64,000 nt of DNA from Bdellovibrionales bacterium (GTDB lineage Bacteria; Bdellovibrionota; Bdellovibrionia; Bdellovibrionales; UBA1609): the NCBI GenBank assembly GCA_965261545.1, contig CBDHDF010000011.1, forward strand, positions 704,001 through 768,000, written 5' to 3'. The translations under genes were made by a program, and so were the position numbers. How positions within the stretch are numbered: position 1 is the first letter of the stretch; each line of letters opens with the position of its first letter. Shown here piece by piece: positions 31,962 through 42,557 of this stretch. The notes under the pieces were generated by a model that worked only from the letters and a program-made list of their open reading frames with translations, was not told the DNA's origin and searched no databases.

Positions 31962-33098
31962 TTACTTATTTACCGAATATGTTGCGACCCACCGTGCTCG
32001 TTCCTTGAGTTTCTTTTTTCCTGTGTTTGTTTCTGGCTTTTTTGTTTCGCCACGACGCCAGTGCTCAACCATACCAGTGGAATTGACGGCATCAGCAAAG
32101 GCTTGTATTTCGGACGGATCTTGTGATGATTCCTTATTCAAGTGGATTCGTACCAAATCGAGTATTTCTTGTTCCGTTTTACCTTTCAGTTCTAATTGCC
32201 ACCGTCCCTCCGGAGTTTTCATTGCCTCGTGTCGCTCTTTTTCCTCAATACGCTTTTGGTCTTCGTTACACAATTTTTTTACCCAATGGTCTGTTTTCTC
32301 CTTGTCATGGATAAAGCGTCCATACCCAATTGCTGTTTTGGCGCCAACCCCAACCTCTTGAAGAGCATCGATCAACCAATGAGAAATAGTTTGGAGATCG
32401 TTATCATTCACAGTCTTCTGGCAAGGGATAATCCCAAATAAGAAAGATGTGTCAGCGGCCGTCGTTAGAAAGGGAATGGGGGTGGGAGATCGCCAATCTC
32501 CTGGTGGATCCTTCTCACTCCAGCCCGCATAGTGGGGAGTCATGATATCGGCCTCAAGTTGCACTGGATTAACTGGGATAGCGTCGAGAAAACATATGTC
32601 ACCTGCTTGTGTTGAGTCTCCAAAAAAATGATCCAAAAGTTCTTGCTTAGAATTATCAACATTAACCTCCATATTTACCCACGAGCGAATCAAGCCTTTG
32701 ACCGAACTTCCTGGAAGGTAGGGAGTGCCCAATGTTGGATGCCAGGCAAAACCGTTTTCAATGGGATGATTCAGACCCATTCCCGTGACAAACCGAGACT
32801 CAGTTTTGAAGATATTAAATTGGCCACCACGCTTTTGGATCATTTGTATCAAACGTAATACATTCTCTGTGAGTTGCTTCTTGATTCCAACTGGGCCATT
32901 ATTGAATCCAGTAACAGTTTGGATCCAAGCGAGTTTCGGGTTGCTATCTTTACTCGAAAGTGTCCAAGAATTGCCAGAGTTGTCTTCCTTCTTGACTTGC
33001 CATTTGTTACAGAATTTGTCAAACCACAAGCCCGCATGTCCATCAGGCTCCCAACTCACTGGCTCTTGGCGTTTATATAGTGGAAGCTTCCCATTCAT
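31962..33098 (-). CDS. cmr6: Type III-B Cmr6
   Basis: HAGLWFDKF, HPTLGTPYLPGSSVKG, DIMTPHY, PTPIPFL, GVGAKTAIGYG. Confidence 0.96.
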   Translation of the reverse strand: MNGKLPLYKRQEPVSWEPDGHAGLWFDKFCNKWQVKKEDNSGNSWTLSSKDSNPKLAWIQTVTGFNNGPVGIKKQLTENVLRLIQMIQKRGGQFNIFKTESRFVTGMGLNHPIENGFAWHPTLGTPYLPGSSVKGLIRSWVNMEVNVDNSKQELLDHFFGDSTQAGDICFLDAIPVNPVQLEADIMTPHYAGWSEKDPPGDWRSPTPIPFLTTAADTSFLFGIIPCQKTVNDNDLQTISHWLIDALQEVGVGAKTAIGYGRFIHDKEKTDHWVKKLCNEDQKRIEEKERHEAMKTPEGRWQLELKGKTEQEILDLVRIHLNKESSQDPSEIQAFADAVNSTGMVEHWRRGETKKPETNTGKKKLKERARWVATYSVNK

Positions 33099-33122
33099 GT
33101 CTTATTCCCTTCACCCTTGGGT

Positions 33123-34539
33123 CAATGCCGTTTCCTTAAGCCACCACACCCCTCTGCCTCTGCGTTAAGCTATTTCTTTTAAAAGAACTCCCAGCGCTTT
33201 TGATAGACCTTTCATAGCTTCTTTTGAAGTGCCTCCTCTTCTCCATTGAAATCTTCATCAGCAACTTTATCTGCTTCCTAAATTTCTGATAGAGCCCCGC
33301 AACAAAAAGAGGGATGCTATCCATTATGAAATCAAGAATCAGTTTAAAGTTAGGTTTTTTGTAGTCATTTTTTACCAACTGATTCACACTGTCTTCATCC
33401 TCATTTATGCTCATTTGAATCTTTGTATAATTGAAGAGCCAAAAATAAGAATACAGCTCTTGCAATATTCCATTAAGGCTTGTTGAGTGCCACTGCTCCA
33501 TTTTCATTGTCGATGTAAAATCACGAAATGTCGTTTCTATTTCCCAACGACGAGAGTAAAGAGCAACCATATCCTTCTTGTCCAAGGAGCCATGCGGAAG
33601 ATTAGTGGCCAAAACAGAGAACTCCCCAGTCTTTGGGTTTTTATACTTATAGAGATGAATGACCACCCCCTCAATAACCATTTGTGAATACCAACCTGGG
33701 CCATTAAATAAATTTACGATGGGGATAAAAGTAGAGCCTCGCTTACAACGCGCAATAAAGAAGTTACTGGCTTGAGCATGGGCCTTAATAATCTCTGTAG
33801 ATAAATAAAGCCTATCGTAGAGAGTTATGCTATTACTCTCAAAACTACCTATCATTTGAATAGCATTGGCGATTTCGTTGAGAGCGGGAGAAAAGCAAAG
33901 ATTCTTTGTCACACCCGATAAAACGTCATAAGCATGAGATAGATACATACGTAAGAAATGAGTTTCCATCTCATTTGGGCAAGGGTACCCACAATAACCC
34001 TCCTTTAAAAGATCTTTAGAGCGAGGAAGTGCTAATTGGTCGCCATCTATGGCATAGATATAAAAACCATGAAACGTTTTTCTCAATGGTTCGTAGTCTG
34101 TAATCAGAGATTCAAAGATATCTTTGAAAAATAGGTAAGAAATACTTTGACGTATCTTGCTGAGACTGCTTTTGACTGGCATGAGAAGCAGGTCACCAAA
34201 ATGAGTCCATACCGTCTTAAGAGCGATTTGGTAGCCTTCGTAATTTGTTCCGGAAATAAGATAGATAATGGTAAAAAAGAAAATTTGAGGATTAAATTTT
34301 CGATTCCTTTTTTGTTTTTCTGGATCGACAAGGTGCTCTGGCTTGAAGGAAGAATCAAGTTTTGGTAGAATAAAATGGTCATCTGTGACGCGAACTCGTC
34401 ATTTGGGGGCTTTCGAGATCAATATTGGATTGCATGTGACTTACTCCTTGGTTGAGGGTTGGGTGTAAAATAAAACAAGTCTTATTCTTGTCGATTTATC
34501 TAATGATTTCAAGAGATTTTTCTTAAGGAAACGGCATTG
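33123..34539 (-). mobile_element. Small IS4 copy 4 (complete), inserted in the 3' end of cmr5
   Basis: Both IRs present. 10-bp TSD acccttgggt at 33113-33122 and 34540-34549. Confidence 0.96.
33136..34182 (-). CDS. IS4-family transposase
   Basis: Near-identical to the other copies. Confidence 0.9.
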   Translation of the reverse strand: MPVKSSLSKIRQSISYLFFKDIFESLITDYEPLRKTFHGFYIYAIDGDQLALPRSKDLLKEGYCGYPCPNEMETHFLRMYLSHAYDVLSGVTKNLCFSPALNEIANAIQMIGSFESNSITLYDRLYLSTEIIKAHAQASNFFIARCKRGSTFIPIVNLFNGPGWYSQMVIEGVVIHLYKYKNPKTGEFSVLATNLPHGSLDKKDMVALYSRRWEIETTFRDFTSTMKMEQWHSTSLNGILQELYSYFWLFNYTKIQMSINEDEDSVNQLVKNDYKKPNFKLILDFIMDSIPLFVAGLYQKFRKQIKLLMKISMEKRRHFKRSYERSIKSAGSSFKRNSLTQRQRGVVA

Positions 34540-34944
34540 ACCCTTGGGTAATAGAGCCCGGCAGCATTTCTTGTGCCACTCCAGCCAAGCCAATGCTTCA
34601 GCTTGGGCATGAAGGTAGAAGCATTCAGAGTTCTCCATGATGGTCTCCAAGAGATCCTTATCTTGTGGGTACACACCGTCTGTTCGGCAAAGCCATTTAT
34701 TCAAACTGAGATACAGTTCGTGATGTGCTTGCTCATCATTGTTTCTTTTTTCTTTGGATCCGGCGGCAGCTCGTTCTGTTGCCAGTGCTTGTCCCAAACC
34801 GTTCATGATAATACTTGGCCCTAGGCGGTTTACATAGGCACGATATCGTGCCTTGAATTTATCATCATCATTATTCTTTTCACTTAGGTTTTTGACACGC
34901 TTCAATGCATCTTCTGCCCGTTGTTGTTCAATGGTTTTCTTCAC
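34441..34944 (-). CDS. cmr5: Type III-B Cmr5; last five native codons replaced by an IS-derived tail
   Basis: TIEQQRA, LGPSIIMNGLGQALA, AQAEALAWLEW. The native end LPKG|EGNKT* lies at 33095-33112, with its TGA overlapping the cmr6 ATG. Confidence 0.93.
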   Translation of the reverse strand: MKKTIEQQRAEDALKRVKNLSEKNNDDDKFKARYRAYVNRLGPSIIMNGLGQALATERAAAGSKEKRNNDEQAHHELYLSLNKWLCRTDGVYPQDKDLLETIMENSECFYLHAQAEALAWLEWHKKCCRALLPKGQCRFLKKNLLKSLDKSTRIRLVLFYTQPSTKE

Positions 34945-35855
34945 TCTGCCCCCTTATTATTACTAGGGAAGCGCACTGCGAACCAACCCTGACCTACAGT
35001 TTCATTGCCACCAACCTGGAGATAGGGGTCGTTTGCAGGGAAAAGTGCCTTCATGGTGTCCCATGCCTCATTTTTACGGGCTGCCACAATGGCGTACATG
35101 ATTGTGTCTGGAGGCAGCGTCTCTTCGTACCACAGGTTTTCACTCTTCTTGCTGCCATCTTTAGCCAAGACGTTGCGTGCCTGAATGGATAGCCCATAAC
35201 GAACAAACCATGCAAAGTCATCATCGTGCAAAATCGCAATTTGATTTTGCAAGCGATCTTGGGTTTCTTGGTGAAGCACAAGGTATTTGATAGAATCCAC
35301 CAAATCTATCAATAAACTATCAGGCTGGCCTTTCATAATTTCAAACTGTCGTTCCTCAAGAAACAACATTTCAAACTGTCGTTCCTCAAGAAACAACTTC
35401 CCATCACTAGATGCAAGAACAACCCCTTTTTGCTCAATAGTAGGAACCTTAAACTGGTGATTCAAGCCAGCCCGTTTGAGATCACGGCAGTATCTTTCAA
35501 TAAGGTGAGGGCAAGTCACCCAACGGAATGTGCCAGTTAAGCTTCGTACTGGAAGCAGCAATAATCGTCCATCTGCCACTATGAGGTCCCCAGCATGATC
35601 TGGTTTCCCGAAGTGCTTACTGTGCTTTTTGCATATCTCTTTAGTTGTTTCAGTTGCCTCAGTCTTCTCAACCTCCTGGGCCCCATCAACCATCTCGGCC
35701 TTGTCTCGGAGTGCTCCCTTCAGGCTTGACCCCACAAGCACCGGATAGCTTGTAGCTGCTTCTCGTGCTACGGGGAGGTCTACAACTCCCATACTACGTC
35801 CTGCCCCTGGATGAACTGGAGTTTCAGCCAAGAGTCCAAGAATTGCTTTTTGCAT
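34941..35855 (-). CDS. cmr4: Type III-B Cmr4
   Basis: ETPVHPGAG, VDLPVARE (catalytic Asp), GSSLKGALR, LWYEETLP, QVGGNETVGQG. Confidence 0.97.
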   Translation of the reverse strand: MQKAILGLLAETPVHPGAGRSMGVVDLPVAREAATSYPVLVGSSLKGALRDKAEMVDGAQEVEKTEATETTKEICKKHSKHFGKPDHAGDLIVADGRLLLLPVRSLTGTFRWVTCPHLIERYCRDLKRAGLNHQFKVPTIEQKGVVLASSDGKLFLEERQFEMLFLEERQFEIMKGQPDSLLIDLVDSIKYLVLHQETQDRLQNQIAILHDDDFAWFVRYGLSIQARNVLAKDGSKKSENLWYEETLPPDTIMYAIVAARKNEAWDTMKALFPANDPYLQVGGNETVGQGWFAVRFPSNNKGAE

Positions 35856-38344
35856 AAATTCACCTCCAATTACTAAGTTAAATATTAAGTCAATTTAATT
35901 TAAATTAAATAAAGTTAAGTTAAGTCATAGATATTAGGCATCAGATTGGCTATTAGGTGTTGAGGCACTTAATGCGGCCAAATACCAAGTGTTACAAGGC
36001 CAAAACCCCATTCTTGTCGTGCTCCTATCTTTAGCACGCCCTTATTTGTTTTCATTGAGTCCATGGTTTTTTGAAAAATTTCAAAATTAGCACTTTTACC
36101 GCCATCACAAAAGAGGACACCCCCTGGGGGTAGTACCGATCGAAGTGGCAGGGGTTTGCGTGTCAATGAGTTCCATCCTCCGATTCGCTGTGGCCGGTCC
36201 AAACATGCAGAAACAACAAGGGCTCCACCTAGAGCCTCAATGGGTTTCTTGCCACAATAAATCTCTTTTTTGAGATCAAGAGGTGACAATGCAATAACTG
36301 CTATTCGCCCATTTTGATCATTCTTGATCTTCTCCTTGATTTCCTCTAGAGGCAGTTTAAGGTACGAATCAGTGCTCCATTCTTTACACTCCACAAGTCG
36401 ACTTTCACCACCAAAGGGTACCAGTTGATTCACTCCGGTGGGAGGATCAAAGGGTAACTTCCAATTTTCTGGAATGCCGGTGATATTTGCCCCAATAGAA
36501 ACTCCTCGTATCAAGCGTACATGGCGAGTGCTGTAGAGCATTCCTTCTTGGGCGGCTCGCGTTTCAGTGCAACGCTTAAGTCCTATGCGTAGCTCTTCAC
36601 TCCAAAGTTCTGACTTAGGCACAATATCCTCTTGTGAGGGGATTTCACCTTGAAGTACTTTCTCCATGCCTCTTTGTGTAAGCCACAAACCTTCTCCTGT
36701 CTTAGCGGGCTTAGTAGTCTGCGCAGGGTTATAGCTTCCCGGTGCTTCAGGAAGTTGAGCGTTGTTACCTAGTTCCTGTCCAGGGAAGAAAGTTAAGTAG
36801 TTTTAAGTATTTACATGCCTTCCCTTTAGATTTTATGCTTTAAAATGGAGTCCATCAAACATAATCCGTGTAAATTCAGTTACTTACATAAAACGGAAAA
36901 ATAAAATAAGTTCCCCCCCCTCTCTTGACGAACCTTTCACAGCCCCTCCCTTTCAGTGACTTATGTGGCTATCAACTGGTTACTTGATATGAGAGGAAGA
37001 GTTGGATCAACCTGTGTTTCCACCGTGGTGATTTCAAACCTCCTTCAGGGAAATAACATTACGTTGCGCATCAACTTCAAAAAATACTTGACGTGTTTTT
37101 TCAGAGAAATAATTTTTGATATTTTATTCTTCATTTATTTTTTATGTAGGTTTTAGGAGGCGTGGGAACCTCTCTATGAGGTAGAATTCTTATCCATGTT
37201 CTCCGAGAACCTCTCTGATTTTTTTCTTCTTAAAAGACATCCTTGCTCACTTTTTTCCCTCAAAAAAACGTATGTTAATATAAAAATTAAAGAGAAACTT
37301 TCACCAAAGGGGGGACTATGCGCCATTTGAAGAAGACACAGTTGGGACTCTTTTCCCAATATCCTAACCACCAACTCAGTACAGAATTGCAGCAAATTAA
37401 TAACATCATTGATCGCCATCCAGAGTTTGCCCATATGGTTCATGAAGACCTTGTTAAAGAAAAGAAAGATTCTGGTGATATTGGTATGACATCGGAGCAA
37501 GTTCTCAAGGTGGCTATTCTTAAATCCATAAGAGGTCTTTCCTATCGTGCGTTAGCCTTTAATCTTGTCGATTCAGTATCCACCAGAGCTTTTCTGGGCC
37601 TTGAATTGGAAGAAAATTACGCTCACTCCACCTTACAGGACTTGATTGTTCAAATAAGTGAAGAAACTTGGGGAATTATTAGCGCCTCTTTAGTTTCAGA
37701 TGCAAGAGATCAAAAGATTGAGCCGTGTAAGAAAATGAGATTGGACAGTACAGTGACGAAATCAAATATTCATCATCTGTTAGCTGACAATTAAAATGCC
37801 CCACCGTCGCCAATGAAAAGTGGCCACTTTTCAGAGGAGGACCTATGGTGATTTTTGGCATTGTCAACCGAGACGCATATAATCAATTGATATTACTCAT
37901 AAAAAGGCTCCGAGCTGATAAGAACTCCTTTTGGGTTCTTGTCGACCTGGAAAGGGGCTCCGTGTTGGAGAGTCCTTCCATGACAGCCTATTCAGGTTCC
38001 ATATTTGTCATTTGTAGACTGTTTCTGGATTTCAATGAGGTTAAATATATAGTCAAGAAAAGCCTGTTTAGGCTGTGCCCATTTTCTAAAGTATTTAAAT
38101 TCCACAAGATTCCAACATTTGCCTCAATTTTCATGGAATTTCTTTCTGAAGACAGGCTTCCCTTAAAGCCGTCGCCAATTAAAATGTCCCACTTTCAATA
38201 TGGAGGTTGTCGCCAATGAAAAGTGACCAATCTTCAGGGAGTGTTCAAATACTAGACAATGAAGTCTCTTCTTCTGATATAGATACTAAGCTCACAGAGT
38301 CCCTCCCTTTTGCAACTCAAAAGGTTAGCAATGAGGAGGATCTT

Positions 38345-39811
38345 ATGATTAGTCAATACACTTTCGGCCGCATTCGTGACCTGAGTCACAGTGGTAAAAA
38401 TAAGACAGAAATATCTCGTGAATTAGGGATCAATCGTAAGACGGTGCGCAAGTACTGTGAGTCCAACACCCCACCGAAGTACAAGGCGAGGTCCAAAAGA
38501 ACTCGCCCAGATCCCCTTAATGGATATATGGATCGGGTGAAGTACTTTTTGAAGTTGAACCCAAGTAACACCGCCCGTGAAATATATGAGCTATTAGTTG
38601 AGGAGGGTTATCGTGGGAGTGAGAGAACGGTTCAGAGAAGAGTTTGTGAGATTCTTGGTTCTCGCCCCAAGGAGCGTTTTTTCAGCCAAAGATATGATCC
38701 TGGAGAACAGGCTCAGTTTGATTTTAAGGAGAAGGTTGCTTTACCATTTGCCGATGGTGTTCAGATCGTTCATCTCCATTTTGGAACATTGCCTTGTAGT
38801 GGCACCTGTTGGGTTCGTGCCTACCCCTTTCTTGTCTATGAGTGTTTCATCGATGGGGTGCATGCTTTTTTTGAAAAGATAGGTGGGATGAGTGCGAACA
38901 TCCGTATTGATAATTTATCTCCCTGTGTGAAGAAAGTTCTTAAAGGAAATCAGCGAATTTACACCCAATCTTTTGATCGAGCCATCCAATACTATGGATT
39001 TAAGGTTCTTCCCTGCCGCGCAGGGAAGGGCTCTGACAAGGGAGATGTGGAGCGTGATATTCGAACCTTCAGTTCTCGGATAAAAAATATTGTTAGAAAC
39101 AAAGGAATTGTTTTTAAAGACTGGGATCATTTGAATCAGTTTTTAGAGTCTTATATGGATCAGCATCAGAGTGACTCCACCAAATCTCGCTTTGAGGAGG
39201 AGGCCAAAGTTCTTAAGCCTTTGCCTCCACGAGATGAAGATATTCTCTGTAAGGTGAATATTTGTCAAAGTAATGGTTATGGGACTTTGAGAATAGGTAA
39301 AACCACATATTCCATACCTGATGAGGTGATCCAAGCTCCCTGTAAAACCGTACAGGGTCCCTATCATGTCACGATCTATCGTGCAGGAGGGAAGCAAGAA
39401 ATTGTCGCTCGCCATCAAAGAAAACCTGATGGGGAGCATAGTCTTCTTCTTGAACATATCCTTCCCTCTTTAGTTCGTAAGCCGCAAGCCATGGTAAGAT
39501 GGGCTCACCGATCCATTCTTTTTCCAACAAATGTGTTTGAAAATTTTTATCAATACCTCAAGCAACAAGATTCAAGCCGTGCCGAGCATGAATATTTAAG
39601 AGTTATCAACTTGATTCAGCATGTGAGTTGGCAGGACTTATCTACAGCCATGGAGCTTCAATTAGAAAGTCGTGAGATTTTCGACTTTAAATCCATAAAA
39701 GATTTGCTCTTAGGAAATCCCACCAAAATTAATTTGAATGACCAACAAAAACCACTTCAACCTAGATTGTCTCAATATGACAGTCTTGTTCCAAACATAG
39801 GAGGTTCTTAA
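38345..39811 (+). CDS. istA: IS21 transposase
   Basis: ISRELGINRKTVRKY, PGEQAQFDF, RIDN, DKGDVE. ATG 38345 follows GAGGAGG. Confidence 0.95.
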   Translation: MISQYTFGRIRDLSHSGKNKTEISRELGINRKTVRKYCESNTPPKYKARSKRTRPDPLNGYMDRVKYFLKLNPSNTAREIYELLVEEGYRGSERTVQRRVCEILGSRPKERFFSQRYDPGEQAQFDFKEKVALPFADGVQIVHLHFGTLPCSGTCWVRAYPFLVYECFIDGVHAFFEKIGGMSANIRIDNLSPCVKKVLKGNQRIYTQSFDRAIQYYGFKVLPCRAGKGSDKGDVERDIRTFSSRIKNIVRNKGIVFKDWDHLNQFLESYMDQHQSDSTKSRFEEEAKVLKPLPPRDEDILCKVNICQSNGYGTLRIGKTTYSIPDEVIQAPCKTVQGPYHVTIYRAGGKQEIVARHQRKPDGEHSLLLEHILPSLVRKPQAMVRWAHRSILFPTNVFENFYQYLKQQDSSRAEHEYLRVINLIQHVSWQDLSTAMELQLESREIFDFKSIKDLLLGNPTKINLNDQQKPLQPRLSQYDSLVPNIGGS

Positions 39812-40593
39812 TGAATCACGAAGAACTTATAGGTTCTCTTAAAAAACTCCGACTTCCAGCGATGGCGGATGAATATGTTGCAACGGCTAGAGTTGCCGAA
39901 AAAACAAAAAAGACGTATGAACAGTATTTAGGTATACTCGTTCAAAATGAGCTTGCTGACAAGCATTCCCAGAGAGTGAAAAGATTGCTTAAGGGGGCCA
40001 AGCTTCCTCAACTTAAATCACTCCAAACTTATAACTTCCAGAAAAGAACGGGAGTGACAGCTCAGCAAATTAATTGGATGGCAGAGGGAGAGTGGGTCAG
40101 AAAAGCCTGTAATGTTGTGTTTTACGGAAGCTTTGGAATGGGGAAAAGTCATTTGGCCATGTCCCTAGTTCGTTCACTCTGTGAACAAGGCTATCGATGT
40201 TTATGGGTCACCACTCATGAACTTATTGAAACAATGCGTGAAAGCAAGAAAGAACTCTCATTGAATGCTCTTTTTAAGAAATTAGACCGTTTTGATCTTA
40301 TTGCTTGTGATGAACTTGGCTATACAGCTTCCTGCACAGAGGGGGCAGATCTTTTCTTTCAATTCATATCTCAGCGATATGAAAGGAAAAGTCTCATGAT
40401 CACTACAAACTTAACATACTCTGAATGGGATAAGGTGTTTCTTAACCCTATTACCACCGCTGCTGCTGTTGATCGAATCATTCACAACTGTGAAACCCTC
40501 AACATTGAAGGAAAAGAAAGTTGGAGAACCGAATCGGCAAAAGCCAAGTCTAAACAGAGCAAAGAGGAAAGTTCAACCAAAGAAGTTCATTAG
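39811..40593 (+). CDS. istB: IS21 helper ATPase
   Basis: GSFGMGKS, ACDELGY, TTNL, VDRIIH. Confidence 0.95.
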   Translation: MNHEELIGSLKKLRLPAMADEYVATARVAEKTKKTYEQYLGILVQNELADKHSQRVKRLLKGAKLPQLKSLQTYNFQKRTGVTAQQINWMAEGEWVRKACNVVFYGSFGMGKSHLAMSLVRSLCEQGYRCLWVTTHELIETMRESKKELSLNALFKKLDRFDLIACDELGYTASCTEGADLFFQFISQRYERKSLMITTNLTYSEWDKVFLNPITTAAAVDRIIHNCETLNIEGKESWRTESAKAKSKQSKEESSTKEVH

Positions 40594-40620
40594 AGATCCC
40601 CACTTTTGGGGAAGGAACTC

Positions 40621-40718
40621 GCCAGTTATCCACAAAATTTATCCACAGCAGCACTGCGTTGCTAGACATCGGGGTCACAGCCGCAGTGTCGCCATGGATA
40701 AATTTATGGATAACTGGC
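40621..40718. repeat. Long palindromic module with DnaA-box sequences (also 55259-55356; homologue at 48992-49086)
   Basis: gccagttatccacaaaatttatcca ... tggataaatttatggataactggc. Confidence 0.85.
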
Positions 40719-42557
40719 TTTTACCGTACTATTTGCTCGTCACTCTCGCGGAGCTTTAGACATTAGCTGCGCCAAGGAATCCTGAAAAATACTCCATTTA
40801 CCTCTGCCATAGGGCTGAAGGATGCATTTGGGGTCATGCCAAAAGTGGTGGGCAGAAAATCATTCCTCAGAATCTTGTGGCATAGTCCGAGTTAAATGAT
40901 GAGCAAAATAAAGACACTTGACTAAACTCTGAACGAAGAATAACTAAATCAGTACATCATCAACTGGCCGTTTTTCATTGGCGACGGCTTCTAAAACTGG
41001 CCAATTTTAATTGGCGCCTAACATCATCCAACGGATGCATCGCTTTTATATGACTGCATAAGAGTTACAGAAAGAGAATTTAAAAAAGTTCGTAAAAATG
41101 TCATGAAAGATTTTTGGCGACTTATTTCAAGAGAAGATCTTAAGAGAGCAAAAACCTTGCTTTACAAAATTAATAATTCCAAAAATGATGCGGAAAGACT
41201 ACCTTGCTATAAGGAGCTTTTAAAAATCGCTACCAAATTGAACAAAGGATTACCTGATACCATCAGAAAGATAAAAAAAGAACAAAAATGTGTGAAGATG
41301 AATGCTTTGAAAAAGAGTCTAAAACAGTTAGAAAATGTTGCCTTCTACCTGGAAAAAATCATCTTTCAAACTCAAAAAAGAGTTATTGAGGGGAAAAAAG
41401 TATCTTCTGAAAAAAAGGTCCTATCCATCTTTGAACCGCATACAGACATTATTGTAAAGGGGCAAAGAGAAGTCGAGTTTGGGCATAAAATCTTTTTGAC
41501 CTCAGGGCAAAGCAACATGATTTTAGATTGTCAGATCCCTGATGGCAACCCCGCAGACTCTGATATGTTTTTAAAAGTTATGAATTCAGTGACACAAACC
41601 TATGGGGCTTGCCCTGTAAAAGTAAGTGCAGATGGTGGGTTTGCTTCAAAAGAAAATCTTGAAGAGGCCAAAGAGATGGGGGCTAAAGATGTTTGCTTCC
41701 CAGAAAAAAAAGGAATGAAAATATTAAAGATGGTTAAAAGTGCTTGGGTCTTTAAAAATCTTCTCAATTGGAGAGCCGGAATAGAGGCTGTTATTTCATT
41801 CCTTAAGAGATGTTTTGGTATGAGAGTTGCTTACTGGAAAGGGCATGATGGTTTTAAGAGGTATGTAAAGAATGCCGTTTGTGCCTATAATTTTGTTGTC
41901 TTGGCAAGACATGAATTATCAACTGTCACCTAAATTTATCCATTAGGAATAACAGCAATGGACCAGGTCGAAGGTGCTAAAATCTTCCAAAGGTAGGGGT
42001 GCGTCTTCAAATCGAAAAAACTAGGGCGCAAGTCGCTTAAAGACCTTTTTCCCCTTAATCTGTAGAGTTTGTGTGGCAAATCTCCAACTCTCACTCCCCC
42101 ATTGAGGCATTGGGAGGCTCAATGGGGAGTGTCAGAGAACAAAAAATGGGCCTTTCTGGACAGAAACTACCTAGGTCGCACTCAACCTCAGGGCCTGGGC
42201 GCAGAAACACCTTTGGAATCCATTTTTTATTTTCGGTAGAGCCAAGTAAGTGGCGAGGCATGGGAAAGAGTGGTTGTGGTTGTCCGTCACAAACTCGAAG
42301 TAAAAATGGACCATCTATGGAGAGTGTACCTAGGTTTTCCGGACCATCACCAAGAACTGCATTTATTTCCTCAGACCATTTTCCATGACCATTCCAACCG
42401 TTGCACAAGGCGAGTGCTGCACGAAGCACTCCGACCACTGACATAGGGTGAGGAGGAAACAAGCTCTCCACACCGCTTTGTGGTGCACTGTCTTTCGAAA
42501 AGGGAGTGCCACTACGAAAAAACAACGTGTCTAGTGGATCAAGTTGAATACCAGCCA

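Larger units (their letters stand above)
37778..41023 (+). mobile_element. IS21-family (type A) copy 1, 3246 bp
   Basis: TG...CA ends (tgttagctgacaatt / ttggcgcctaaca), repeated gtcgccaat motifs, 5-bp TSD tcatc. Confidence 0.95.
37318..41933 (+). pseudogene. ISNCY/IS5-like DDE transposase split by IS21
   Basis: RLDSTV...NIHH|PTD, EFGHK, SADGGFAS, WRAGIEAVISFLKR. Confidence 0.9.
36772..42167 (+). mobile_element. ISNCY/IS5-like element copy 1 (about 2.15 kb net) with nested IS21
   Basis: IRs gttcctgtccag / ctggacagaaac. 6-bp TSD taccta at 36766-36771 and 42168-42173. Confidence 0.92.

Noticed and set aside
38031..38040. ttcaatgagg in IS21 matches 10 nt of the CRISPR repeat (possible repeat mimic)
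   Set aside because: A few 10-nt matches are expected by chance in 64 kb, and there is no repeat hairpin alongside.
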